A stretch of 38,977 nt of DNA from Catajapyx aquilonaris. Lineage: Eukaryota. The stretch is from NCBI GenBank assembly GCA_000934665.2, contig KZ538948.1:1-38977 (forward strand), in the 5' to 3' direction. Positions 1-11,544 of this stretch are shown in pieces. The translations under genes and the position numbers were made by a program. The stretch's first letter is position 1. Each line of letters begins with the position of its first letter. Below the pieces are notes generated by a model. That model was not told where the DNA came from. It searched no databases and saw nothing but the letters and a program-made list of their open reading frames with translations.

Positions 1-918
1 AAATGCATGAGGTACAAGATATAACACCGCATGCAGTGGACCAACAACCGTTGCACCCTCACACACCCCCTGTTGGGATGACATGCAGCCAAATGTTATC
101 GGGGAGTTGGAGAGGAGTGGGGAGAGGCGGGGTAGGTCACAAAAAAAATCGAGGGGGTTTGATCGATCAAAAGCCCCGGTCATCATTTAATAAAACCCCC
201 GCCTCTGTCTCCTTGTCCCCGTGAAGATCCATCACAAGAGTCAGCTGACAGCACCAGCCGCCACTACATTACTGGATGTTGCGCGTTACTACCACTATAA
301 CCTTCCTAACAGCATAAATCACTCATAATCAGATTGTTGATTGTTATTAAATTAGTGCTACAACCGGGAGATGAATCACGCCGGGGTCGCATTTTCTGGT
401 GGGAGTTAACACACACACAAAAATAGCACAGCGGCTGACCAGAAATGAAAGGACGGTGGGGACTATTACGATATGTTACATGCTGGGCCCAAATGGGGGT
501 GGCAACGGGGTTTGGCTGTAAATCTGTTGGTTTAATGGTGCGAAAAATGCAGTCAAGTAGGGCGGTGGGGAGAGACTAAATATGGCGTAAATTGGCCTGT
601 TGCTGGGGGTTTTTGTGGGGGGAGGGTGGGATTTAGGATTGAAAAGAATCAATCATGGGCAAGTAATGAGTGATGCCTTAAGTCAAAAAGCATGGTGGAA
701 TGTGTATCCACTTTTTTGAGGTGAAAATTATAGTATCGACTCTTTACTGTATGCCGATAAAATAAATTGAATTGTTAATATTGAAATAATTAAAAAGTGT
801 AAGATTCAAAATGTACTGTACTACAAAGCACACGTTTCCCCTATCGCATTAAGGATGGTCATTAACTAATTAATTTAATTGAAGTGGTCTAATAGTGATA
901 TTACGATTTGGCAATATA

Positions 919-1244
919 CAGGGTGTTTCAACTTTTTGTCCGAACAGTTATCGGAAAATTGCACGTAGCTGCTACTTTGTAAGCAGTGACTTGCAAACAG
1001 GTGATTTTTCGGGGGAACGGGGAATATTCCCTGCGAATCTTAGGTTCAAGTGGCATACGTGCTGCCCGCTGCAAATTGAGGGTGAAGCCTGAAAAAAAAG
1101 AGAGTCACGCATGCCATATGGGATGTGTGACCCTCTTTTTCCCCATTTCTCCGACAAATCACCGGTTGCAAGTGACTGCTTACAAAGTAGCAGCTACGTG
1201 CAATTTTCCGATAACTGTTCGGACAAAAAAGTTGTAACACCCTG
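919..1244. mobile_element. Tc1/mariner-type MITE (CAGGGTG termini, TA TSD)
   Basis: TA|CAGGGTGTTTCAACTTTTTGTCCGAACAGTTATCGG... is mirrored by ...CCGATAACTGTTCGGACAAAAAAGTTGTAACACCCTG|TA. Inverted arms of ~90-100 bp; TA at 917-918 and 1245-1246; no coding capacity. Confidence 0.9.
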
Positions 1245-3473
1245 TATAAGTTAAAATTTTATTTTCATTTTTGCTGAATTTAGTGCTCCAAAAATTCTAC
1301 AATTTTGTCCACACTAAAACACTACCCTCAACAATCGAATGTACGCGTAAATATTCAATTTGAACATCTATGCATCTACCGTCTTTTTGTAAGCTCTTTC
1401 CTTACATAAAATGAGGCTGTTAAAATTTTGAATGATCGACATTACCTGGAACGAATCGATCTGTTGTTTTTTTGACACAACGTCCGATAAGGCAAGGTTA
1501 TTGTGCATAAAACCGTAATCATCTTGTTGTGGATATGAAAGTGTAGCAATTTAACCCTGCCCCATAGCCATGCAATATTACTGTACTGTGCCGTCAGCTT
1601 ATTACTAGTTTGCGCGCAGGTTGACAGCAATATCACCGAGCAGGCCACGGTAATTGACATGCTAATGAAAACATGTCTAACCATTATGATTATTTTGCCG
1701 CGTTGGTGAAGCGTATTCTGCTAATGTACCTTAAAAAACAAACACTATTCGCACAAAATGTTATGTGTCCATGGACACTTATGGGAAACGTTGACTGGAA
1801 TATATTGCTGCGACGAGTTGAAAAGGTCCGACTCGAAACGAAACAAAAAAAAAAAGTTTCACAAAAGGGTTGTAATATACTACAGTATGTTTTGTTTTCG
1901 CAGTGTCAATACCAGCATATCCCCCGTAGGCCCTCGTCAATTATTTCAACGCCTAGCATTTGTTCCATATCCAAAGACAATTGACAAATGTATGTATTAA
2001 CACCAGACTCATACAGGCAGGCAAACTGTTAAAAGAGCGACACATTGGTGACTTGATTTGTATATACGTGTGGGCAATAATATTATTCAGACAAAAAATG
2101 TTCCTTCGCATCTGATTATATCATCAGTCCGATCAATGTTTTTTTCCGTTACAGTGAGCATATCACAAGAAGCGATTGGTAGATATAATGATAATTACAC
2201 TGCTTTTACTGTACACATATGTTGAATATTCGCACAACGGCCGCCAAGAGGAAGAGTATGCTCAGTTGGCCACCGTTAATTAATTATATTACTACTGGTA
2301 CAGTACATGCACGCTCCAATTATTTTAGTAATTTGATTATGAACTTCAAGCACCGATTTTTTTAAAAATGGGTTGGCTAAAACACTTCCCCTGGGCCAAT
2401 TTATAACTTACATTTTCCATTGAAAATAACCAATGCAAATATTGTAACAGTGATCGTGCCCCCTTTTAAAAAAAATTCTACTCATATTTCACCTAAGCAC
2501 AAAATCAATCGCCCAACCGTTTGCTCTTGAACCTCCAACATTCCTTTTTGTGAAATCAGCCAACATTTAGGACCCACAAAAATGTCTCTTCTCCACGTGC
2601 AAAGTCCGAGTACACTACGAATAGTACGCCCGTAGTTTGATCGTGAAAAAGAGGATTAAAAGAGCTAAAAAAAAGCGAGGGAAAGGGTCTAGATTATACT
2701 CAGGAGTTGATTCGACTGGGAAGCGACTTGTGCAAGGTTTACGAGCGCCACTATTGCAAGTCGCCAAGTTTGCCGCCGCCAAGTTGGCGAAAGGCGTCAG
2801 AGCCCATCGCTTCGAGAGGCCTTTCAAACTTCCCGATAGGAAAACTTGGCGAGTAAAACCAACCCCATTTGTCAAAACCCGCCTTTGCCTTTGTGCGGAG
2901 CAATCAAATTAACGTGCGCCAAAATACCTTGCCTGTGCATATATACACTATACGGTGGACAGCTCATCGCTCTTCGCACCTTTTTTTTGTGGGACTAATA
3001 TTTTAATCACCAGCTAGTTGCGTGGAAAAGTGAGCGATTTTTTTAAATGGATAGAAGTGTCTAAATAGACCAAATAGGTGCAGGTTTTTGATGGTAAGGA
3101 GGGTTCTACTCCTAGGTTCTGTATCAGAGAGGCAGAGAGATTAATGTGAGCTTAAAGCAGTTTCACTTGGGACACACCATTGTTCATGGTGACAAACGCA
3201 TGCCCGGAATTTTTATGCGTGGTTAGTTTATTTTAGTTTGGAAATAAATATTGTTTAAGTTGCCATATTGTCGTCATGCACGTGAAATGCAATTTTGGCG
3301 GATTAAGTTATTAATTACAATAAGTAGCATTTTTTCTGCTGTGATAGCTACAGTCCATTTAGTGCTATAGATTCACAATGAGCCAGCAAGCCAGGATTTT
3401 GTGTATTCTCTTATTAACTGCAAGTTAAAATATTTGCTTTGGAATTTCGAAATTGCTTTTTTTTTTTTACTTA

Positions 3474-4292
3474 GGGAACCTCTCGAAGTGTCACTCGAAG
3501 TTCAAGGTCAAATATTTTTCCCGAGTTCATTATCAGCTAGAAGGAAAACACCCTTCCGGAGAAATCCTCGATCTCAAGCGTTTTCGAGATACAGAGGTCA
3601 AAAGGTCAAGAATGGACCACTTTATGAAGGCCCTGAGGAAGCTATCATTACCGCTATCGGCGAGATTTTTGGGATCTAGAGGTTTCTTGGGATGGGGAAT
3701 ACAGTGGCGAACCCGAAAATCATGAATTATGCAAATGAAGGGTACTTCTCAGGTAAGGGGGCGGGGAGTGGGGGGACAAACTTACTTTAAACAAAGTATT
3801 TTCTACTCCTTACGTCTTTAGACAGTGACTGGACACCCAAGTTGGTGAATTTCGTCATGAGGTGTGCTTCAGAAATTCTACATAATTCATGTTTACATGA
3901 TATAAGTTAATGTAATTCACCAACTTGGGTGTCCAGTCACTGTCTAAAGACGTAAGGAGTAGAAAATACTTTGTTTAAAGTAAGTTTGTCCCCCCACTCC
4001 CCGCCCCCTTACCTGAGAAGTACCCTTCATTTGCATAATTCATGATTTTCGGGTTCGCCACTGTATTCCCCATCCCAAGAAACCTCTCGATCCCAAAAAT
4101 CTCGCCGATAGCGGTAATGATAGCTTCCTCAGGGCCTTCATAAAGTGGTCCATTCTTGACCTTTATTTGACCTCTGAATCTCGAAAACGCTTGAGATCGA
4201 GGATTTCTCCGGAAGGGTGTTTTCCTACTAGCTGATAAGGAACCCGAAAAAAATTTGACCTTGAACTTCGAGTGACACTTCGAGAGGTTCCC
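3474..4292. mobile_element. PIF/Harbinger-type foldback element (long-TIR MITE)
   Basis: Arms 3474-3851 and 3914-4292 are near-perfect reverse complements around a 62-bp spacer. Termini GGGAACC...GGTTCCC with TTA on both sides (3471-3473, 4293-4295). The reconstructed empty site TAC-TTA-GTG matches 8/9 of the CWCTTAGWG preference known for PIF. Confidence 0.85.
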
Positions 4293-6333
4293 TTAGTGTG
4301 TTTTACTTGTATGCCCACAACATGCTACAAGTTTCATTTGTTTGAACTTCATTGGTAAATAGGCCTACGTGACTGATATGAGACATAAAGCCTAGCATAA
4401 AGCAATGATTGGTTAATCAACTGAGTTCGAATACCTCTATAGCAGAAAGCTGAACACTGTTAACAATGCGACGGTGCCAATATTACTGAAACTAAAATTT
4501 CATTTTCACACGCCTCACTTTTTTGTACTGTATACTTACCCTCTCTTGTCTGCCAAGTTCCAGCGGCAAGTATTCAATAATTACTGCTGATGCTAGGAGT
4601 GAAAACCGTGACGCATAAAAGGTCCCTTTTCAGCTCCTATCCCGTATGCTTGTACTAGTTTATTAACCACAGCGCCTGCTGGGCATTTTCATTATTATAC
4701 CGGTAATGGGAAAAATCTACCCAAAACGCTTAGCCAAAACTGAAGGGCGAGTTGTTTCAAAATTAATATTCAGTGACTCACAAAAAATGGGGTAGTGGGA
4801 GGGGCGTGTTACATCCCCTTGTGGTTACATACCTATAATACCGCAGGGTTCCGGAAACATGATGTAACAGTATGTGGTAGAAGCTACAAGCTATTTTCGT
4901 TAAGTTTCTATAAAAAGATCAGTTTTTGTAGGAACTGCCCAAAGCTATTTGTTGTACTTTATATGAACCTAATCAAGTCATGCCTTTAATGATGGGTAAT
5001 CCAGCATGTAAAATTTGGTCATGTTACACGCACAGGTGCACTCTAAGTATGTTAGTGAGTATTAAGGTTTTAGAATGTGTAGTGTGTGACAAACCTTAAC
5101 CAAAATAAAGCAGCACCTTCACACATTTCTGTATAATTTCCCTCTCATTTCAGTTACTAACAGAATGGACAAACAGTTCCCGGCCATAATGTGCCATATA
5201 ATGTGATATTCTGATTCTGTCCGTAAAGAACATTATAACTAATTTTATCCTAAATTAAACAGGAGTACGTAAAGTATTATTGACATTATTCTGCATTAAG
5301 ATATGAATTGTAAAATCATATTAATTTGGGTTCATGTGCTATAATTACTCGAATTTAAAAAAAAGTCCATAATGTGTGACAATGTACACTATGATTACAT
5401 AGCAAAAGCATAGTGCTTTATGGGTTATGTATGTGATAAACGTTTACAATTCGACGTTATGATGCTTGCATTAATTCGAGCAAATGGGCAATCAAGTGGA
5501 GCTCTCAGTGGAAGTTGTTGATCGCTTTATTTTGATTGATTATTGTTTTATGCGTTCGTGAGAACATGGGCCAAATTCACTTCCGCTGCAGAGTGTAATA
5601 TGTGACACGCTTTTCACCTATAGCAACACTTTTGAAACATTTTAGTTCAATGGCTGCAATACGTAAATGTTCACACGAGCATTAAGGTAATATACGACTC
5701 CTGGCTGGGTGTTTTATTACAACACTGACTTTCGCATGTGGAGTTTATATTTTATGCAGGAGGCCTATATCCGTATCGGTGGGAACATTGGAGTGTTTTG
5801 ATTTCAATATGGCTACCAGGGTGGGAGACATGCTCTGTCATTTGAGAGAGTTGGGCGTTCATCAACCAATCAAAATCAGGCTTCTGAGCTGGGTGGCATA
5901 CTATGTGACATTTCCGCCGATATCAATCGGAGATCACCCTTAGGGCACCAATAAATAAAACGACATATGAATAACACGCGCTGATTGGGAAAAATACTCG
6001 AACCAAAGCTTCAGATCACATTGCAATATTCGAAAAAGTCACATGCCACCATACATTCCATTATTGTGTGCATTGACCGAGAGTTCAGAGCGAGATGAAC
6101 CGGAGCAAAAAAAATTATTATTGCGCGCAAACTTCGAAAGCAATTAATGAGCGACTATACTCATAGTGTAGGCATGCTTAATGGCGGCTGCAATGTTGAC
6201 GACTGCTCTAATATGCATTATTTTCCCGCTCGCGCCACACAACGTCGTACTATAATACAATCACGCTCATTCTAGTGTTCTGATGCATTACTGTTGCAGC
6301 TTCCTGTTAATGACAACTTCCCCACTCAAAATA

Positions 6334-6749
6334 CAGGGTGTTCCAGATTCGTGGGTCACTTTTTGATACCTGATATAGCCCGATAGCATTTTTTTGTAGC
6401 TTGTTGTGCCCCTAATCATGTGCTCCACCTGCTACATTCGACCCCCAGTGGGTCGAATATAGCAGTCGTTATATAATGAGGCACATGGTTAGGGGCACAA
6501 CAAGCTACAAAAAAAACTGATATCGAGCGATTATCAGTTATCAAAAAGCAAGGGGGTAACCACTTCGGTACTCCGGTGTATACACCTGCGAGTGGTACTC
6601 CCAAGCACTCCTCAGGTACCTCACTCTTTATTACTCCTTGGTAGGCCTACTCCTTGAATTTTGGTACTCCAGTGTACACTTTTCAGTCCCTTGATTTTGA
6701 AGGGATTACCCCCTTGGCAAAAAGTGACTTACGAATCTGGAACACCCTG
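6334..6749. mobile_element. Tc1/mariner-type MITE (CAGGGTG termini, TA TSD) interrupted by a nested MITE
   Basis: TA|CAGGGTGTTCCAGATTCGTGGGTCACTTTTTG ... CAAAAAGTGACTTACGAATCTGGAACACCCTG|TA. Internal arms TTTTTTGTAGCTTGTTGTGCCCCTAA / TTAGGGGCACAACAAGCTACAAAAAA. A diverged relative lies at 34944-35180. Confidence 0.9.
6549..6716 (+). mobile_element. Nested hAT/P-like MITE (CAAGGGGGTAA TIR), copy 1
   Basis: CAAGGGGGTAA...TTACCCCCTTG, flanked by TCAAAAAG (6541-6548) and GCAAAAAG (6717-6724). Internal GGTACT(C/T)C repeats. Sister copy at 13398-13526 in the opposite orientation. Strand is an arbitrary reference orientation. Confidence 0.85.
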
Positions 6750-9700
6750 TATATACCAAGAGCCAAGTGTTACCAAGTGTATGTCTGTATATAAATGCAA
6801 TTATTTACATTGCATTAGTCTATAGTGCGGAGTAATGTGCCCAATTTGTGTTTCCACATAATTAAATCTTTAGTGCCACTCTATGCAACTTTCGATTGTT
6901 TAAAACTCTGTCAGTAAGACATACTGCAATGTTATTGGCTAACGGCTGGTAGCACAATTTCTGAATTTCCAAATATTTAACGGTTTATACAGTGAACTGA
7001 TTAAAAGGATTAAAGCCTGGTTGGATGAACACGACGTATAAGATCCATAATCCAAACTGAATTTGGAGGGTTTTCCCTTAAATCGCGTTCATATAACTCT
7101 GAGCTTACAAGAACACCCTAATCTTACAACCGGAAGCACAAAACCGAAGTTTTCCAACGCTTATGAGCAAGAAAATGAGGGGAAACATTATGAAAGGAAG
7201 GTAGCAATTTTTCTCACATGGCGTGCAGAATGAAATGTTCACATGCAAAGTCGTGACTGTCCGAGTGATTTTAACGATCCGTTAATTGTGCCCTAAACGC
7301 AGATGGGATGCAGAGTGCGATAAATGGCCTTAGGGTCGGACCCAGCCGAGAAAGATGCGGCCTGTAATTACGGTCGTTTGGATCTACTGAATGCAACCCA
7401 CGTTTGAATAGCAAACCAGTGCTGGCTCTGACTAAGCCAAACTTCGATTTCCTTTAGTTAGGAAAAAAAAAATGGAAGACACCTAAAAAAATGTGGACTT
7501 TGAACAAACACAGGGAGGCGATGCTGCTGGCTACACTTACCTTAACTTCATTGATCCTACTCGAGACTCCCCGGAAACATCTCTGCTCTGATCGCCTCGA
7601 GTTCTCACATCTCATCTGAGATGGAAGGGGCCGAGCCCTTCGAATAGCCCCGGATCAACCGCAACTGTCTGAAGAAAAAGAAAAAGGGAAGTGACTCGAG
7701 TTTGGACACATGCCATTATGAAGTCACCTGGAATGTTTGGACCAATACTAAAACTGTGATCTTCCAAAGTTGTAGGATCAGTTAAGAGGCATTTTAGTGG
7801 ACGTCTATAGTTTTGATTTTCTAGATCCATTTAACCGAACAAAAAAAAAGATCTGACCTTTTTTTTTAAAAAAAAATCAATAGTTTCATTGTCAATAGAA
7901 TCCGTTTTTAAAAAGGGGGTTAAAAGGCTTGCAATTGTCCTATGATGGTGACACATTTTAAAAGGGGAGGCCCTATGTCCTTTGACAATGGCAGAGATAA
8001 AACTGTGGAAGCCCTATTATCCTCCATAGAAAGCTTGATCTTTTCAAACACCCGGTAGATGGTGCATGGTCTTATCGACATCTATCGGTGGCCTAGGCTA
8101 ATAGGCGAGTGTGTGGGATCCAATACGTACGCTTGTGTAGGATTATCGCAAAAAAAATGGTTTGGGCCAAGCGGGACCCCACCACATAGAGCTTCTGTCA
8201 GCAATCAAGCCGTTGATTGTGGCCTAGATTGGAAATTACGGTTGGTCAGTTTTTGGGTGCAATCAGTAGCCGGCGGCTAATAAAAGGGATTGAAAAAGTT
8301 GTCACTTTCATTACTATGTAGGATCCCGCCTGTGTGTTAGAGAGATGCTTTTGTTTTTCAAGCACGAAGCCGCTGCTGAATTTGTATGGTTGTGATTGGC
8401 CAGAATTAGACTCATCTGATGCCATTATTCTGGCATGCGACTACCGAATTGATCCTCAATCTAATAATTCTCTCCAAGTAATTTGCCAAGAACATCCAAA
8501 TGCCAGAAAATTGAATTCGCTGTCCAAACCAACGTATGGCACCCAAAACAAATCGCACTCTCTGACAGTGCAGATGGGCCAACTAACGGGCAGATAGATA
8601 AGCAGGCAATTTACTATCTTTCATTAAGGAGAGGCACATTAAGATGATTTAAATAGATGGTGTCGCAAAATTAACTAACGAGACAACGACGTTACGCTGT
8701 GGTATATGAAATCAAATGTGTTGTAATATTAACATTTTCTGATTATTTTATTTCATTTGGTTATTCCTATATCTATAGTGCGTACCCTGGAGGTGTTCAC
8801 CTTGTAACATCTAATATTATTTTAGGTTAATATATCTATAATATTTTCAAACCGCGGATAACTGATACCACAAGAGCTCACTGCATACTGGCTGAGCCAG
8901 TCGTTGCAAAACATCACATCACTATACCAACTGCATTCTCTGTCTTTATCTCGAGAGGGTTACCTCAAGCCCCAAAGTTTTCCCAGAAAATTTTCGTGTG
9001 CGAACTTGGGAGAGCAGCAGCTTGTCGTGCAAAAGTGAAATGGTCCTTGCGAATTGTTCTCTCAGTCGGATAGACGATGCTTAATTCCTTGCATTTTATT
9101 CATAGTCACCGGAGATGCAACTATAATTGCCTTCCACCCTTTTTTCCATTATTCATCGGGCCGTTAAGATGGCTTATTCGGGTTCCCCGTCATTAATGTT
9201 ACAAGAAACTCCCAAGCAGAAAATGGGAAGTCGGAAAAGGACCTACATAAAAATTCAAATGAGGGAAAGGGCAAAAGCGCCTCGTAGGCCAAAGGAAACA
9301 GCTGAGTTGGGCCCGTTGAACATTGTTAATGGGTTACATCGACCCACAGGAACATGCCCTTTCCAGCCTGATGCCTCTTTCATTTTTTTTCTAGTCCGTG
9401 TTGGGGGTAGGGGGTGGGGGTATGGCGGCAGAATAAATCCCACCGAGTGAATCCGTTGGTGCTTGAAAGAGAATGCCCATCGTTCAGCTCCCAGCGTACG
9501 CCCATTGTGAATAGGACACAAGGCAACTTCACCACACTCCACCCCCTAAAAAAAAGAGGACGGGGGGGGGAGGGGGGGGGGTGTTCCAACAATTGCCGAT
9601 TGGAATCGAATGCCAACCTCTTTCAACATTTGCAATCACGTACATCCTGGTGCGAAATATTGAACGGCAGAGAGCCAACACGGCGCTGGAATTCGGCTAA

Positions 9701-11255
9701 TTTGACTCGGCCAGGAGATTTATGAAGAGTTCGTGGCTTCTTTTTTGGGGGTGCTCGTTTTGTTTGATATGTTACACCCCTGCAAGGAGTGTATTAAAAG
9801 GAAGGACTGTCGCAGTGTGTATTGATAGAATCGATTAATTGGTGGTACAAAGGGGTGTTGGAAATAGAACTGATGGAAAATGAAGCGTGCAGCCTCTGTT
9901 TCAGCCAAGGATTACGGTCAAATAAATTTAACTAATTTGCTACTAAGCCCGCCAGGGAATAGCTATGGATGGATAATTTTGATGTACTACATTATGATTG
10001 ATTGCATTTCATCGTGTCACTGCGTAAAGGGTCGGGTTTTTTTGGTCATGCTTTTCACGCTTATAGTCATACAGTAATGTCATTATAAACTATAAAGTGG
10101 ATATCAACATAGAATAAAAATCTGGAAAATAATTGCTCACGGTATCCAGGATGATGGAAATGAAAAATATTTTCACCTACACATAATTTGCGATCAGGTA
10201 AGCTAAATAGACCATATTCCGCTCTGATCCCAAGTCAAACATGATGATGTTATTGGACAATGATTTATTATCTGAATAACCTGAAATTGTTGTTTGTTCC
10301 CCTTCAATTACGCGATAATCATCGTAACTGGAAATTCAGCACACGTAAGCCACAAAACATATCGCTGCACAACATTAACCAGTTCATACAAGGCTCATCG
10401 AAATGCGCCAACATCAATATTGTTCAGTTCAGTGATTAATCATTTCATATTACAGGACCTATTACTTGAAATTAGTATAATTCATCTCTTATCCAGGCAT
10501 GGAACTATTGTTACACTGTATGAAAACATTATTCCAACTTCGAAATAACCTAATCCCAGAAACTGCTGCAATATCGGGACAAAAAAGGGAAGATATAAAC
10601 CTATATCCTTCAGCACATCTGATATTGAGCACCGAATATGGACTGCCAAGTACGTTGTGCAGAGCCCAGCCAATCAGATGACAAGTGATGACTGAACCAT
10701 CTAATGTGAGATTTTGCTCATCATTGTGTATGCAAAGGCTGTCTTGCGTCTAACATGAGCGAGAAGTGCAAACAGCGAGGTTAGCCGATCATAAGCTATA
10801 TTATGAATAGCTATGTTCGCACAGTCACGTCCGTTCCGTGTGGGCAGAATGAAAGTAAAGTTGGCCCTTATCAAAGAGGAACGAACGGAGAATACAGTGT
10901 GAACTTATCTCATCATACCTACATCATTTCTAGCCAATGAACTACAGGGCCTACTGTAGTTGTAGCAAAAGAAGGGGCTATACGTTTTGGTAGAGTCAAT
11001 GACAGCACGGAATGTAGGCATCGAGCTTGTCCATTCTTACCTTGAGGGAAGAGCATGGTGGTTGGTTTAGCCCACCCCACTACAATTCCGTTTTTTTTTT
11101 CCAGATAGGTTTCCCCGTCACCTTAGAGCGGCATACAAGTAGTTTGGTGGGTTGCCGCTTCACTTTAGTTTCGGCGCTTATTCCGTTCCCTTAGTTACTA
11201 TACCCTACAGTCGGCGCCAGCCCCCGGACACTTATACTACATTCTGATCTTATCG

Positions 11256-11544
11256 CCTGCCGGGGCGTTTTGCAGGGGGTGCTTACCTGAGAGCGCCATG
11301 AGACATTTCAGAGCACTGGGATGTGGCCATCCTACCGGACTACGCTGAACTTTATAGGTACAAAAGGGAAGGGCTACATTGGGGACCCAACATGGTCGCT
11401 GGCGGCCATGTTGGGCCCGCATGTAGCGCTTCCCTTTCGTACCTATAAAGTTCAGCGTAGTCCGGTAGGATGGCCACATCCCAGTGCTCTGAAATGTCTC
11501 ATGGCGCTCTCAGGTAAGCACCCCCTCCAAAACGCCCCGGCAGG
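11256..11544. repeat. 289-bp near-perfect GC-rich palindrome (probable foldback MITE core)
   Basis: CCTGCCGGGGCGTTTTG...CAAAACGCCCCGGCAGG with ~143-bp arms, few mismatches and essentially no spacer. No TSD visible. The track ORFs 11237..11479(-) and 11321..11560(+) are mirror images of each other. Confidence 0.9.

Noticed and set aside
1805..1845. Hammerhead ribozyme (CTGCGAC-GAGTTG...CGACTC-GAAAC)
   Set aside because: The core lacks CTGANGA and there is no stem III / NUH cleavage triplet.
3468..4298. CACTA/Transib assignment for the large foldback (right end reads CACTAAGGG on the minus strand)
   Set aside because: Needs two mismatches at the left terminus plus an imperfect TSD. TTA|GGG...CCC|TTA in a PIF-like palindromic target explains it with none.
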